Positions 27,237 to 36,160 of a DNA stretch of 39,035 nt are shown piece after piece. Where the stretch lies: positions 1 through 39,035 of the IMG/VR virus record IMGVR_UViG_3300014201_000015, one strand, 5' to 3'. Position 1 is the stretch's first letter; every line of letters begins with the position of its first letter. The notes under the pieces are model-generated. The model was given only the letters and a program-made list of their open reading frames with translations, did not search any database and was not told where the DNA came from. This stretch comes from a virus. Lineage: Duplodnaviria > Caudoviricetes. Made by a program: the position numbers and the translations under genes.

Positions 27237-27339
27237 ATTTACCTTATATAAAACGCGTTTGGCTCGGGCTACCTCTCAGATCAACGCGGCAATCTCTGTT
27301 TGAGGTGGAAGAGGGGTAGGAAATCTTCCATCTGCCCGA

Positions 27340-27555
27340 TTAGTAACGATCACCATCTTTCATAGGACGCCCTTTGATCTTGCGATCGCCGTGCTCCTGA
27401 TCTCTCTTAATCATTTCAGTTGTATCGGGATACTTTTCACCGATATGTCCTGAACCTTCTGCAGAATGGTATTCTTTAGTATGGGTTTTACTCTTCATGG
27501 CCATGTCGCTTGTATGCGGCATTCCACCCATATCAGTAATTTTACGTCCGGACAT
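27340..27555 (-). CDS. Small basic protein
   Basis: GAGGTG SD before ATG 27555; TATAAT upstream. Confidence 0.65.
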   Translation of the reverse strand: MSGRKITDMGGMPHTSDMAMKSKTHTKEYHSAEGSGHIGEKYPDTTEMIKRDQEHGDRKIKGRPMKDGDRY

Positions 27556-27631
27556 ATGCACCTCGCGAGTTGTCTAGATTTAAGGCCATTATAGGGAGCA
27601 ACTATTTTTTTGAAAGCATGAATCGCAATTT

Positions 27632-27832
27632 TCAGATGTTCTCCTTATCTTTTCTAGCAGATGTATGGCGTGGTTTCCATGCAATCATAAAATCTAAAAC
27701 AATACCGCGCCTCCATGTCATTGCATGAGACTGTCCATATGCCCAAATCCATATCTCTTGATTATGTACAGGGCATTGTTCGGTGAATGGAATCCACCCC
27801 TCATTTCCAGGAGGTAAAAGAGAAAGAGTCAT
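27632..27832 (-). CDS. DUF551-like small protein
   Basis: WIPFTEQCP...IAWKP motif; GAGGT SD. Confidence 0.55.
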   Translation of the reverse strand: MTLSLLPPGNEGWIPFTEQCPVHNQEIWIWAYGQSHAMTWRRGIVLDFMIAWKPRHTSARKDKENI

Positions 27833-27880
27833 TGTTTCTACCTCTATTCCATTTCCTGAATATTTATCGACTGAAATCTT

Positions 27881-29974
27881 TTAGACAGCTTTCTGGCTGA
27901 TAGAGCCCATCATTTTTGCTAGCAGTTCATTAGCTGAAGATTGATTTCTGGCTTGATGTTTTTCTTGAGCTTGTTTTACATCCTCTTGATAATCATAGGA
28001 TTCCAAGTTCGCTGCCTGTAAAGCGGTTTCGAGTTCACCATATTTCTGGATCGCTTCTAGAAGTTTAGTAAGAGCATCCATTTTTTCTCGCAAGGAGATC
28101 GCTTCGTTCTTCCTTAGTTCACTCAGACGTTCTTCAAATAGACCAACGTTAGCATCCGATCTGCTTTGTCTCTCTCTCGCTGTAGAAATAGAGTTTGCAG
28201 CTTTTGCATACAATTCTTTTACTTTTGCCTCTTCCAGAATGTGAGCCACGTTTTGAGTGTGCTCAGCTTGGGCAGCTTGCATTTGCTCTTGACGAGCCAA
28301 GATTTCAACCAATTCATTTTTCCCCTGAATAACCGCGCGCTTAGCAATTTCAGAAGGTGGGATGATACCGCCAAGCGCTTGGTTAAGATCCATCCACTGT
28401 GAAAACTCTTGTTGTTTTTGAGTAGCCGTATTCAGCCCTTCTTCAACAATCACTTGATATTTAGCGAAGATATGCGAATAAAAATGAGGAGTGGGTTCTT
28501 CCCCGATGAGGAGGCCTACTTTAGCAGCGTTCCAATTATTCAGAACGATGTTGAGTAACTTATCTCCAAGTAGTTTGAGAGAATAATCCCACTGATCAAA
28601 ATACTTCTGCAATACCATCAGATTAGCCCCTTGCTTCAGCAAGAGCGTAAGACCAGACATCTGCTTTTGATCATCCCCAGCCCATGATTCTAGATTGACA
28701 CCAGAAGTGCTGAAGATGAGATTTTGTAACTGATCGGCTAGAGCCATATCAGATTGAGGGACAGCTGAAGGGATGATCTTCTCGACATCCATCATATCGT
28801 AACCCTCGTTGACGATCACATCCCAACCTTGACCAGACTTCTTCAGATTGTCTTCATTAGCTACTGCTCCGACCTTTCGTTTCCAGCCGGCATTGATCGT
28901 TGCTTCTGAGATATCGTGGTTAATGATGATACGGCGATTCATCAGAAACTGAGGATCGCGCATCGTGCGCACAAGAGATCGAACTCTTAAATCGTAATAA
29001 TTGATATGTGGTTCGTAATTCCAAAATACTGGCACAAAAGGGCAAGTATCAAAGCCAAGAGGATTGTCACCTTGGAACATAAGCTGATCGTTAAGAACCA
29101 CGGCGAGCTTCCAACAAGGTAATTCAACTTCTACGACCTCCATATCAGGAATGGCGTATAGAATTTGATCTAGATTAGCGTGTTTCTCTGAGAAATCGAA
29201 GAACTGATTTCGTGTCCTAGAGTAAAGTCTCTTTTTCTTCCGCTTCCATTTATACCAGACATAACTCAAGACCATAAGGTCGTTTCTGGCCATATTGTAG
29301 TTTTCGGGCAAGAAGTAGAAAGAACCGTATCTCTGAGGGGTTCCTGCCATGGGAGAGATGTTCTCGATCTTGTCTGGGAAGCGATTTTCAGCTTCCTGTT
29401 TGCTAATGTATTCCTGGCACCAGACGAATTGGGCATCCGACATATCCGGCGAACGAAAATAAGGGTCAACGAGGAAGGCATTGTATTCCCATATTTTAAG
29501 TTTTAAGCAGCCTTGCGCTGGATCTTCGCCTGTATAATCCAGGTAAGGTTGAGCCAATACCATTCCTGATACAGCGGCTAGTTCACATGCTTTCGAGTAC
29601 TGTTCATTAAGCCCTTCCGAATTGCAGATATGTGTCATCAAACGGGTGTATTGGTCAGTGGTTTGCGGATCAGCACCCTCAGAAGGAATGTAATTGATTG
29701 ATTTACGATGCTGCCGCTGATAGCCAGTCACCATGTTGATCGGTTGCTGAATCAAGTTGAAATAAAACTGCTGATAACTCGTTGTCGGAGCATAGTTAAA
29801 GTACCGATTGATGAAAGTTTGTGAGCCGGCATAGAAAAGCGTGTCTATATTGGACTGATTCCATCGGGCCTGCTCTATGGGCTGAAATTTACTATAGAGG
29901 TTATCCAACCACTGGCGCACATTGCCTTGGTTGGGCTCTGTATTATTATTCCAGGGCGGGTAGTAGAAAGTCAT
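27881..29974 (-). CDS. Portal protein (P22-like)
   Basis: FNLIQQPINMVTGYQRQ, CPFVP, SLVRTMRDPQ motifs; long C-terminal helical barrel. Confidence 0.88.
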   Translation of the reverse strand: MTFYYPPWNNNTEPNQGNVRQWLDNLYSKFQPIEQARWNQSNIDTLFYAGSQTFINRYFNYAPTTSYQQFYFNLIQQPINMVTGYQRQHRKSINYIPSEGADPQTTDQYTRLMTHICNSEGLNEQYSKACELAAVSGMVLAQPYLDYTGEDPAQGCLKLKIWEYNAFLVDPYFRSPDMSDAQFVWCQEYISKQEAENRFPDKIENISPMAGTPQRYGSFYFLPENYNMARNDLMVLSYVWYKWKRKKKRLYSRTRNQFFDFSEKHANLDQILYAIPDMEVVEVELPCWKLAVVLNDQLMFQGDNPLGFDTCPFVPVFWNYEPHINYYDLRVRSLVRTMRDPQFLMNRRIIINHDISEATINAGWKRKVGAVANEDNLKKSGQGWDVIVNEGYDMMDVEKIIPSAVPQSDMALADQLQNLIFSTSGVNLESWAGDDQKQMSGLTLLLKQGANLMVLQKYFDQWDYSLKLLGDKLLNIVLNNWNAAKVGLLIGEEPTPHFYSHIFAKYQVIVEEGLNTATQKQQEFSQWMDLNQALGGIIPPSEIAKRAVIQGKNELVEILARQEQMQAAQAEHTQNVAHILEEAKVKELYAKAANSISTARERQSRSDANVGLFEERLSELRKNEAISLREKMDALTKLLEAIQKYGELETALQAANLESYDYQEDVKQAQEKHQARNQSSANELLAKMMGSISQKAV

Positions 29975-29980
29975 TAACTA

Positions 29981-30520
29981 TCAATCACTTAAGTTGTATT
30001 CCTCTAAGAAGTTTAACTTTTCTTTTCGCCCGTATTTCATGTATTTAATTCTGTCATGATTACGAGCCGCATCTACCTCAGAGGTATGTCTCCCAATATC
30101 TATCAACTTTTTATTTAAGTAAATGTAGGAAATCCAATTTTTTCTCGTCTTATCCCAGCGCACACCATTGTATTTGGAAGCTGTCTCACATGTATAGTGG
30201 CGAGTATTTTTTCTATCTATTTCATCTTTCACATTATCCATTTGAGTTCCTGAATAAAGGTGATCAGGATTAACACATTTGCGATTATGGCATTTATGAA
30301 GAATAAATAAATTTTCTGGAATTTTTCCATGCTTGATTGCGTAAGAGACGCGATGAGCCGTTCGATTTATCCCATCAATTTTGATAACACCATATCCTGA
30401 GCAATTTGCGGGACTTTTCCATATCCAACAGGATTCAGTCTTTTCTACTTTTTCCCAGAAACGTTTTTCTACTTTATGAGTGATCCGGATAGGTTGATCG
30501 GTTTTTGGTTTGTTTGGCAT
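29981..30520 (-). CDS. HNH endonuclease with AP2 domain
   Basis: CWIW..GYG..AHRVSY..LHKCHNRKCVNPDHL..N; SKYNGVRW..AARNHD. Confidence 0.92.
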   Translation of the reverse strand: MPNKPKTDQPIRITHKVEKRFWEKVEKTESCWIWKSPANCSGYGVIKIDGINRTAHRVSYAIKHGKIPENLFILHKCHNRKCVNPDHLYSGTQMDNVKDEIDRKNTRHYTCETASKYNGVRWDKTRKNWISYIYLNKKLIDIGRHTSEVDAARNHDRIKYMKYGRKEKLNFLEEYNLSD

Positions 30521-30788
30521 ATATTCTTGGAAGAGTATACACCAAAGGGGAACAAAATCAAATCCTTCGCATTATCCCGAAATCTTTACAAAGATCAGGT
30601 TAAGGATTTATGGTAAAAATTATTTCACTTTACATAAGTAGAATTATCAGACCAAGAATCGGTCCAATTCTGTTCAAATATTTACTACCTATTTTCTTTA
30701 CAATCACAAGTTGCGGATTGCTGATCATACATTTTCATTTCCCACGCGATTGTTTATCATGCTAACCTAAGGAAAGCCGGAGGTTTTT

Positions 30789-31016
30789 ATGGCTTCTTCA
30801 TCAAATCCGTTAGGTTCTTCCCAATGTCCAACAACTCATTCCCCAACTGATCTCTTTCCGTCTGCTCGCTCCGCTTTTATGAGAGTGAAGGGAGAGAAAA
30901 AATCAGTTTCTGTAGGTACAGGCGGTTCATCTGCCCCTTTACCTGTTCCTTTATTAGCTATTCCACCAAGATCGGCTCCAATTGATGTCCCAGCTCCAAG
31001 AAAAGAATCAATATAG
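30789..31016 (+). CDS. Ser/Pro-rich disordered protein (moron)
   Basis: GGAGG SD; own AT-rich upstream region; opposite strand. Confidence 0.6.
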   Translation: MASSSNPLGSSQCPTTHSPTDLFPSARSAFMRVKGEKKSVSVGTGGSSAPLPVPLLAIPPRSAPIDVPAPRKESI

Positions 31017-31028
31017 GGATAATATATT

Positions 31029-31268
31029 TCAAACGTGGTCTTGCACAGGATCATCTTTCCAACTCTCTTCTAAAAAAGCTCGGCGTACTTTCATGGTCAG
31101 AAATTTAATATCCGAGGTATCCAAAAAAGAATCCAAATTTCTATCGCCCTCTTTTTCGTGAAGTTGTTCCATTTTTTGAAGAAGTTCCCATGCTTGATCA
31201 TTGGTCAACTTTGGATTGAGTACAGCCGCTTTCATAGCCACAGCTAACGCTTTTAACTCCCTACTCAT
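31029..31268 (-). CDS. Hypothetical protein (start probably ATG 31268)
   Basis: ATGA overlap with upstream stop. Confidence 0.55.
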   Translation of the reverse strand: MSRELKALAVAMKAAVLNPKLTNDQAWELLQKMEQLHEKEGDRNLDSFLDTSDIKFLTMKVRRAFLEESWKDDPVQDHV

Positions 31269-31702
31269 GCTTCTGTATACTCTGGGATATCTGGTAATGG
31301 CATCCAATGCGTGACGAACATCCTATATGGTATAGTAGGGATATAGAAACCAGGAGCAAAGGGCAGATCTTCATACGTGCCCACGAAGGGAAGTCTAGTA
31401 TTCTGACCTGCATCACAGAGTAGAACATTTTGCTCATCCTCAGGAAGTCGATCCTCAATACTGATCCATTCTCCCTCGATAATTTCCGGCAACGGCATCC
31501 AATGAGTTATTTTTATCGAACTGAAATGTTCTTCTCGGCAATTTCTGATCTCCCATTGATACCCTGAATTTTCCTTAATCTCCTCTTCAGTATCATTTGG
31601 ATAATATGTAGCCAAAAAATCGCGGCGTTTGCCCTCGATTTTGATCTTAACTAAGATGTCTCGTTCAGGAAGTCTATCCTTAACACTTATCCATTCATTC
31701 AT
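31265..31702 (-). CDS. Tandem DUF551 domain protein
   Basis: Two EWIS[VI][KE]DRLPE...THWMPLP units. Confidence 0.85.
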   Translation of the reverse strand: MNEWISVKDRLPERDILVKIKIEGKRRDFLATYYPNDTEEEIKENSGYQWEIRNCREEHFSSIKITHWMPLPEIIEGEWISIEDRLPEDEQNVLLCDAGQNTRLPFVGTYEDLPFAPGFYIPTIPYRMFVTHWMPLPDIPEYTEA

Positions 31703-32979
31703 ATCATATACCTCCCTGGTGGTGGGCCCGATGAATCCATTCTTTTAGGAACTTTATGCGTAAAAACGGCATAACGCAAAGCATCGCAAGCGTGATCGTC
31801 TTTTTTAAGCGGAGCGTCCTCTCCTTTCTCTGCCCTTTTCTCATCCCACACATAAGCTTCGATTTCGCGAATGAGGTTACGGCAATTATCCTTAATACTC
31901 AAAACACCTTCAGACATCAGACTCGCTACAGTCTGAATACCATCTAAAACTTCATTATTGGCATCGATAACATGAAAGCCGGCTCTCTGCATCTCCAATT
32001 TAAATGCAGCAGCACTCGGATCTATATAGATACCTCTAGGAGCATACTCACCTAAGAATGTCTGCATATCTCTCACATAATCGGCATTTGTCTTTTGTCT
32101 ATTGGTCTCTTTCACATTCCAGTAATATTCTTTTTCGACACGCATCTTCTTCCCAGTTTGAGTCGAACGCCCAGTGGATACAGCAATAAGAACACAAGCG
32201 AATACAAGACTAGTACCATAATCAATACCAGCAATGTAATACTCATTCCCACTAAGCGGATAAGGAGAAACATGTATCTTCCGGTCAAAGAAATCGTAGA
32301 CCGCTCCTTCGGCCATGCACCATAAGCCAAGATAATTTCTCTTATAGAAAAGACCAGTAAGATTATCCCTCAGATTGTCTTTATACGCAGCTGGAAGAAA
32401 TATATTATCGTCGATGACAAAATGTAGCGAATAATAGAGAGGATTGCTTTCAGCCGACTTGTCAATCCATTGCTTAATCTTATGATCTGGTTGTTTGGGG
32501 TTCATAGAGGCAAAGATTTTAGAATGGTCTCTGGAAAGCCGTGTGTCGATCATATCGATCACGTTGATCGGATATAAGGTCATCTCATCGCAATAACAGA
32601 GATCAATTGTCAGACCTTGAATAATGCCCAACGCTCCTTCATCTCCCGCTCCAAGACATTTGATTTTCTTACTTCCAAACAAGAGTGTCGAATCAGCTTT
32701 GGACCAGGTGCATAAAGGAGCGAATAGGTTTTTTAATTCTTCAGAATCGAAAAGCAGGGAAACAACGTTCCTATAAATAGTGCTAAGGGAATATCCAATG
32801 ATAAAGATGGAATTTCCCGGACAAATGATAGCTTCTTGCATGAAGCGATATAAAGTAGCGACTGTTTTCCCAGAACGCACTGCTCCATGAGCTAGATTGT
32901 ATTTTTTCTTTGCATTGAGTATGAATTCCCTCTGTTTAGGAGAGAAAGGAACTTTTTCCATGAATGAGGATCTTATCAA
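31699..32979 (-). CDS. terL: Terminase large subunit (PBSX-like; start may be 32961)
   Basis: GAVRSGKT Walker A, CYCDE Walker B, SMNP, GIDYG, DPSA, DDHACDALRY. Confidence 0.95.
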   Translation of the reverse strand: MIRSSFMEKVPFSPKQREFILNAKKKYNLAHGAVRSGKTVATLYRFMQEAIICPGNSIFIIGYSLSTIYRNVVSLLFDSEELKNLFAPLCTWSKADSTLLFGSKKIKCLGAGDEGALGIIQGLTIDLCYCDEMTLYPINVIDMIDTRLSRDHSKIFASMNPKQPDHKIKQWIDKSAESNPLYYSLHFVIDDNIFLPAAYKDNLRDNLTGLFYKRNYLGLWCMAEGAVYDFFDRKIHVSPYPLSGNEYYIAGIDYGTSLVFACVLIAVSTGRSTQTGKKMRVEKEYYWNVKETNRQKTNADYVRDMQTFLGEYAPRGIYIDPSAAAFKLEMQRAGFHVIDANNEVLDGIQTVASLMSEGVLSIKDNCRNLIREIEAYVWDEKRAEKGEDAPLKKDDHACDALRYAVFTHKVPKRMDSSGPPPGRYMI

Positions 32980-33026
32980 GGAACTAGAAATGTTTGTAGC
33001 AGAATTAGAGGGAAAATCGCAGGAAT

Positions 33027-33455
33027 TTATGCTTCAGGGATTGACTCATTATGATTTATTACGCCTTCTATATCTTCAACTGGGGCTGGCGAAATCCCAG
33101 TTACCAAGAAAGCATTTGTCCGAGCCATCTCAACAAGAGCCTTATTAATCGCTTCCTGGCTCGTGTTCTTCTCTTGCTCAATATAGCCTCTCCTTTTGCC
33201 AATCGTTTTCAAGGAATAGATCGTAGCTCCTAAATCTTTGTCGAGAACGAGTTGACGCAACGAATTCTCTGCGTCATCGATATGCAACTCCCGAGCAGCT
33301 TCAATTACTTGTTGAAGATCAGGATCATCTTTCACTCTCAAAGAAATAGTAGCATGAGAACAGCCTAACATTCGGGCAGCATGACTCATTAAACCGCCAG
33401 AAGCAATTAATGCTTTTTTAATCTCAGCTGTAGGAAATAAATCAAAAGCAGGCAT
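33027..33455 (-). CDS. terS: Terminase small subunit
   Basis: N-terminal HTH (AARMLGCSHATIS), ATIYSLKT..KRRGY; upstream of terL. Confidence 0.75.
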   Translation of the reverse strand: MPAFDLFPTAEIKKALIASGGLMSHAARMLGCSHATISLRVKDDPDLQQVIEAARELHIDDAENSLRQLVLDKDLGATIYSLKTIGKRRGYIEQEKNTSQEAINKALVEMARTNAFLVTGISPAPVEDIEGVINHNESIPEA

Positions 33456-33521
33456 GGCTTTCCTTGTTAGAAAGTTAAAAATAGGGGTAAAATGACTATG
33501 ATTTCAAGTATTATTTTGAAA

Positions 33522-33713
33522 TCACCAAACGAATTTAATCTTGACAAGACATTCATCCACTGAACCAGCAAAGTTAGTCATCGTCTCTTTCACCATTTGT
33601 CCCAGAATGGGATCATCGCGACTTAATTTCGGAGCTTCCTCTTCTTTTTCTAGACCAAATCTTTGAGTGTACGTTTGCTCTTCATTAGATACTTTGATGC
33701 AGATCTCGATCAT
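33522..33713 (-). CDS. Hypothetical protein
   Basis: ATGA-coupled to upstream ORF. Confidence 0.55.
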   Translation of the reverse strand: MIEICIKVSNEEQTYTQRFGLEKEEEAPKLSRDDPILGQMVKETMTNFAGSVDECLVKIKFVW

Positions 33714-33868
33714 TTCTTCTTTTTCATGGTAGCTTTACACTTGGCAATCATAGGATCGCGAACCTTCTCGTCATAATCAGCAAGTTTGTCATTTTTCTTT
33801 GCTGCCTTCTCTATCACGCGCTCTCCTTTTCGAAGTTCGCGTGATACTTTTCGCATCTTCTTATCCAT
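33710..33868 (-). CDS. Small basic protein (52 aa, not in ORF track)
   Basis: MDKKMRKVSRELRKGERVIEKAAKKNDKLADYDEKVRDPMIAKCKATMKKKK; coupled on both sides. Confidence 0.7.
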   Translation of the reverse strand: MDKKMRKVSRELRKGERVIEKAAKKNDKLADYDEKVRDPMIAKCKATMKKKK

Positions 33869-34059
33869 TATTTTCCCTTATGCATTTTTTTAAGGGTTTC
33901 AGCAAGACGAGCTCTTTTTGCTGTCGTGGGATTTTTAGAATGTTCCGCTTTTTTCAACTTGCTCGCTGGGATTTTTTCGCCTTCTTTTACATGAAGAGTT
34001 TTTCGTAAGGCTCCAGGATGTTTTATGGCTCCGGAAATCCATTTCTTTTTCTCAGCCAT
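33868..34059 (-). CDS. Small basic phage protein (KKWISGAIKHPGALR type)
   Basis: Lys-rich; RARLAETLKK; TAATG coupling. Confidence 0.8.
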   Translation of the reverse strand: MAEKKKWISGAIKHPGALRKTLHVKEGEKIPASKLKKAEHSKNPTTAKRARLAETLKKMHKGK

Positions 34060-34214
34060 TATTTACTCGCATGATGATGTTCTTTATGATGAGCTTTGCT
34101 TTTCTTATGAGCTTCTTTCATATGATGCATAGCATGCTTCATATGCTCATGATGATCCATACCTTCATGCTTTTTCGATTCTTCTTTCATGTGTGCTTTT
34201 TTTTTGTGGGCCAT
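34059..34214 (-). CDS. His/Lys/Met-rich microprotein (51 aa, not in ORF track)
   Basis: MAHKKKAHMKEESKKHEGMDHHEHMKHAMHHMKEAHKKSKAHHKEHHHASK; GAGGAG SD; TAATG coupling. Confidence 0.8.
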   Translation of the reverse strand: MAHKKKAHMKEESKKHEGMDHHEHMKHAMHHMKEAHKKSKAHHKEHHHASK

Positions 34215-34257
34215 AACTCCTCATGGGTTGAAAAAAGTAGTAAAACATTTTTTAACC

Positions 34258-34449
34258 TCAACCACAAGTCTTTTTCAATTCAAATATATCTTTTTGCTCT
34301 TGCTCTTTTTCCTTCCTGAGTTCTTTTACCTCTTGCACCAATTCATAAGATTGTTTGAGAACCCATAATCTTTTCTCTAGGCGAGCAATCCATTTCTCTG
34401 TCCCCCCTAGTTGTCTTTCTATGCTGTCTTCAAAAAGATCCAGTTGCAT
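34258..34449 (-). CDS. Coiled-coil hypothetical (start probably ATG 34449, MQLDLF)
   Basis: GAGGG SD. Confidence 0.55.
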   Translation of the reverse strand: MQLDLFEDSIERQLGGTEKWIARLEKRLWVLKQSYELVQEVKELRKEKEQEQKDIFELKKTCG

Positions 34450-34526
34450 ATAAATTTCCCTCAATTTTTTAAAAATATTGCATTTAGAAGGCTGAAAATT
34501 ATAAGACAATTACCATTGAATGAAAA

Positions 34527-34967
34527 CTAAAGAATTTGTTTCACCATGGGCAGAAAAAAAGGAATATGTCCTGTAGGCAAAAGGAGAATAGAGATAGAAG
34601 AACGTGGATTATCTGAGTATCCTTTATGAGCAATCAGCTGACAGACTTGATTGTCGTCTGCAATGATAATTCCTTTGAGAGCATCTTCTAAAAATTTCAC
34701 ACAATTGCTTAAATCCGGACGCTTAACATGTTGGAGATTGCCAGAAATCATCTTCTCGCGCATTTTCTTTGATGTTCCTGTAGGAATTGGAAACCAAAAG
34801 AAGTAAGACGTGCTCACGGGGACATTAATGATGTCCCCTTTGTACGTACTACGAATATAGGATTGAGCTCTTTTTTTCTCTTCTCTCCTGGGATTATATG
34901 CTCTCTTTCCTAAGCCTTGATGAGCAGCCCACGGAACAGGATCTCCAGGAATTTCTAATAGAATCAT
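34527..34967 (-). CDS. rusA: RusA-family Holliday junction resolvase
   Basis: IPGDPVP, KRPDLSNCVKFLEDAL, DDNQV, KGYSDNPR. Confidence 0.92.
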   Translation of the reverse strand: MILLEIPGDPVPWAAHQGLGKRAYNPRREEKKRAQSYIRSTYKGDIINVPVSTSYFFWFPIPTGTSKKMREKMISGNLQHVKRPDLSNCVKFLEDALKGIIIADDNQVCQLIAHKGYSDNPRSSISILLLPTGHIPFFLPMVKQIL

Positions 34968-35317
34968 GGATTTGGAAGAGTTGGAATATCTTCTAAATTG
35001 AGCTTATTTTTACTAGCACGCACTACTTTTCTCGCTATATCGATCCTAACCGGAATTCCGTTTACTAATTTAGCAACTGTAGCCATCGCAATGATTGTTC
35101 TACGGCTAAATTCATAAGCAGTTTCTGATCTCTCATCGAGATATTCTTTAAATTTCGTTTTAGAGAGTCCAGGATCGTTGATTTCAGGGATTTCCTTGCT
35201 TCCCTTACTGAGTTCTTTGACAGCCATCATAGATTTTCTTTTAAATTCACGATAGGCCGCTTCTTCGCCATCGAAATATTCTTTAACTCCAGCTTCTTCA
35301 TCAAATTGGGACTTCAA
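34964..35317 (-). CDS. XRE-like HTH regulator
   Basis: C-terminal FKEYL..AYEFSRRT.IAMATVAKLVNG pattern. Confidence 0.55.
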   Translation of the reverse strand: MKSQFDEEAGVKEYFDGEEAAYREFKRKSMMAVKELSKGSKEIPEINDPGLSKTKFKEYLDERSETAYEFSRRTIIAMATVAKLVNGIPVRIDIARKVVRASKNKLNLEDIPTLPNP

Positions 35318-35330
35318 AATTTACCTGTAA

Positions 35331-35385
35331 TTGCGGGTTAAATTAACCGAAAGATATAGTAATCCACAAAAAATAAAGGTGTCAA
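35331..35385. promoter_or_regulatory. Overlapping divergent sigma70-type promoters with palindromic operator
   Basis: Minus TTGACA-18-TACTAT; plus TTGCGG-18-TATAGT; palindrome GGTTAAATTAACC at 35336-35348. Confidence 0.55.
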
Positions 35386-35391
35386 CTGAAA

Positions 35392-35973
35392 ATGGAAGAA
35401 ATTAGGGAAGGATATCATCGCGTTACGGACATTGTGAGCATCTATCAAAGCTTCGCGCATATTCCCAAAGCAATCTTGAAAAGGGCTTGCGAGATAGGAA
35501 ATGATGTCCATGAAGCGATCGAAGCTCATTTAAATGGGAAATGGCTCCCTTTAGCGGAGAATAAAGAAGGCTATTTTCATTCCTTTCTGGAATGGAATCG
35601 AACTGTTTCTTTCACTCCCTTCTGGATAGAGAATCGTCTGTATGATGACGTTCTAAAGGTTACGGGCAAGCCAGATCTGATTTGTAAAATGGGCGATGAA
35701 GCTGTTCTTGTAGATTTCAAAACTGGATCCATCCCTAAACCAGAAATATGGCATTTACAGGGAACTTTCTATCGATACCTTCTCAAAATGAATAAATTTG
35801 ATCTCATCCCCAACAAGTTTATCTTTGTCAATCTTCAGAAAGATGGATCTTTTCCAGTCCTCTATGAAATGGAATACCAGCAAAAAGCATGGGAAGTATG
35901 CGATGCAGCCCTTAAGGCGTATGAGTACTTCAGAACTTACATTTGCATTAAAATCACTCCCAAATTAACATAA
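35392..35973 (+). CDS. PD-(D/E)XK exonuclease
   Basis: RVTDI, GNDVHEAIE, GKPDL, VDFKT, HLQ..FY. Confidence 0.88.
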   Translation: MEEIREGYHRVTDIVSIYQSFAHIPKAILKRACEIGNDVHEAIEAHLNGKWLPLAENKEGYFHSFLEWNRTVSFTPFWIENRLYDDVLKVTGKPDLICKMGDEAVLVDFKTGSIPKPEIWHLQGTFYRYLLKMNKFDLIPNKFIFVNLQKDGSFPVLYEMEYQQKAWEVCDAALKAYEYFRTYICIKITPKLT

Positions 35974-35974
35974 A

Positions 35975-36160
35975 ATGAGAACAAAAAACGGAGAGCACAT
36001 GGAGCGAGAATTTTTTCGAGGAGATATTCCTAATCTCGCGCCGAGAATCCGTGAATTACCGATGTCCTGGTTTGAACCTCCAGTTGAGGAAGAGGAATTA
36101 CCAGAACTAGATTTTGATCCAAATTTTGAGGGGGAAATAGAGTATGACAAGAACTTCTGA
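35975..36160 (+). CDS. Small acidic hypothetical
   Basis: Fills gap between exonuclease and Erf; GGAG before second ATG. Confidence 0.5.
   Translation: MRTKNGEHMEREFFRGDIPNLAPRIRELPMSWFEPPVEEEELPELDFDPNFEGEIEYDKNF

Noticed and set aside
27254-27339. Hammerhead or HDV-like ribozyme call
   Set aside because: CUGAGAG lacks a proper CUGAnGA/GAAA core and stem I; the HDV fit lacks the L3 G and the J4/2 C-x-A-A; kept only as an unclassified structure
29981-30520. Intron-encoded endonuclease
   Set aside because: Free-standing upstream of an intact portal ORF; no split gene or intron core seen
34071-34319. 82-aa Met/Phe-rich plus-strand membrane ORF
   Set aside because: Reverse complement of the His/Lys-rich gene, which has the strong SD and coupling
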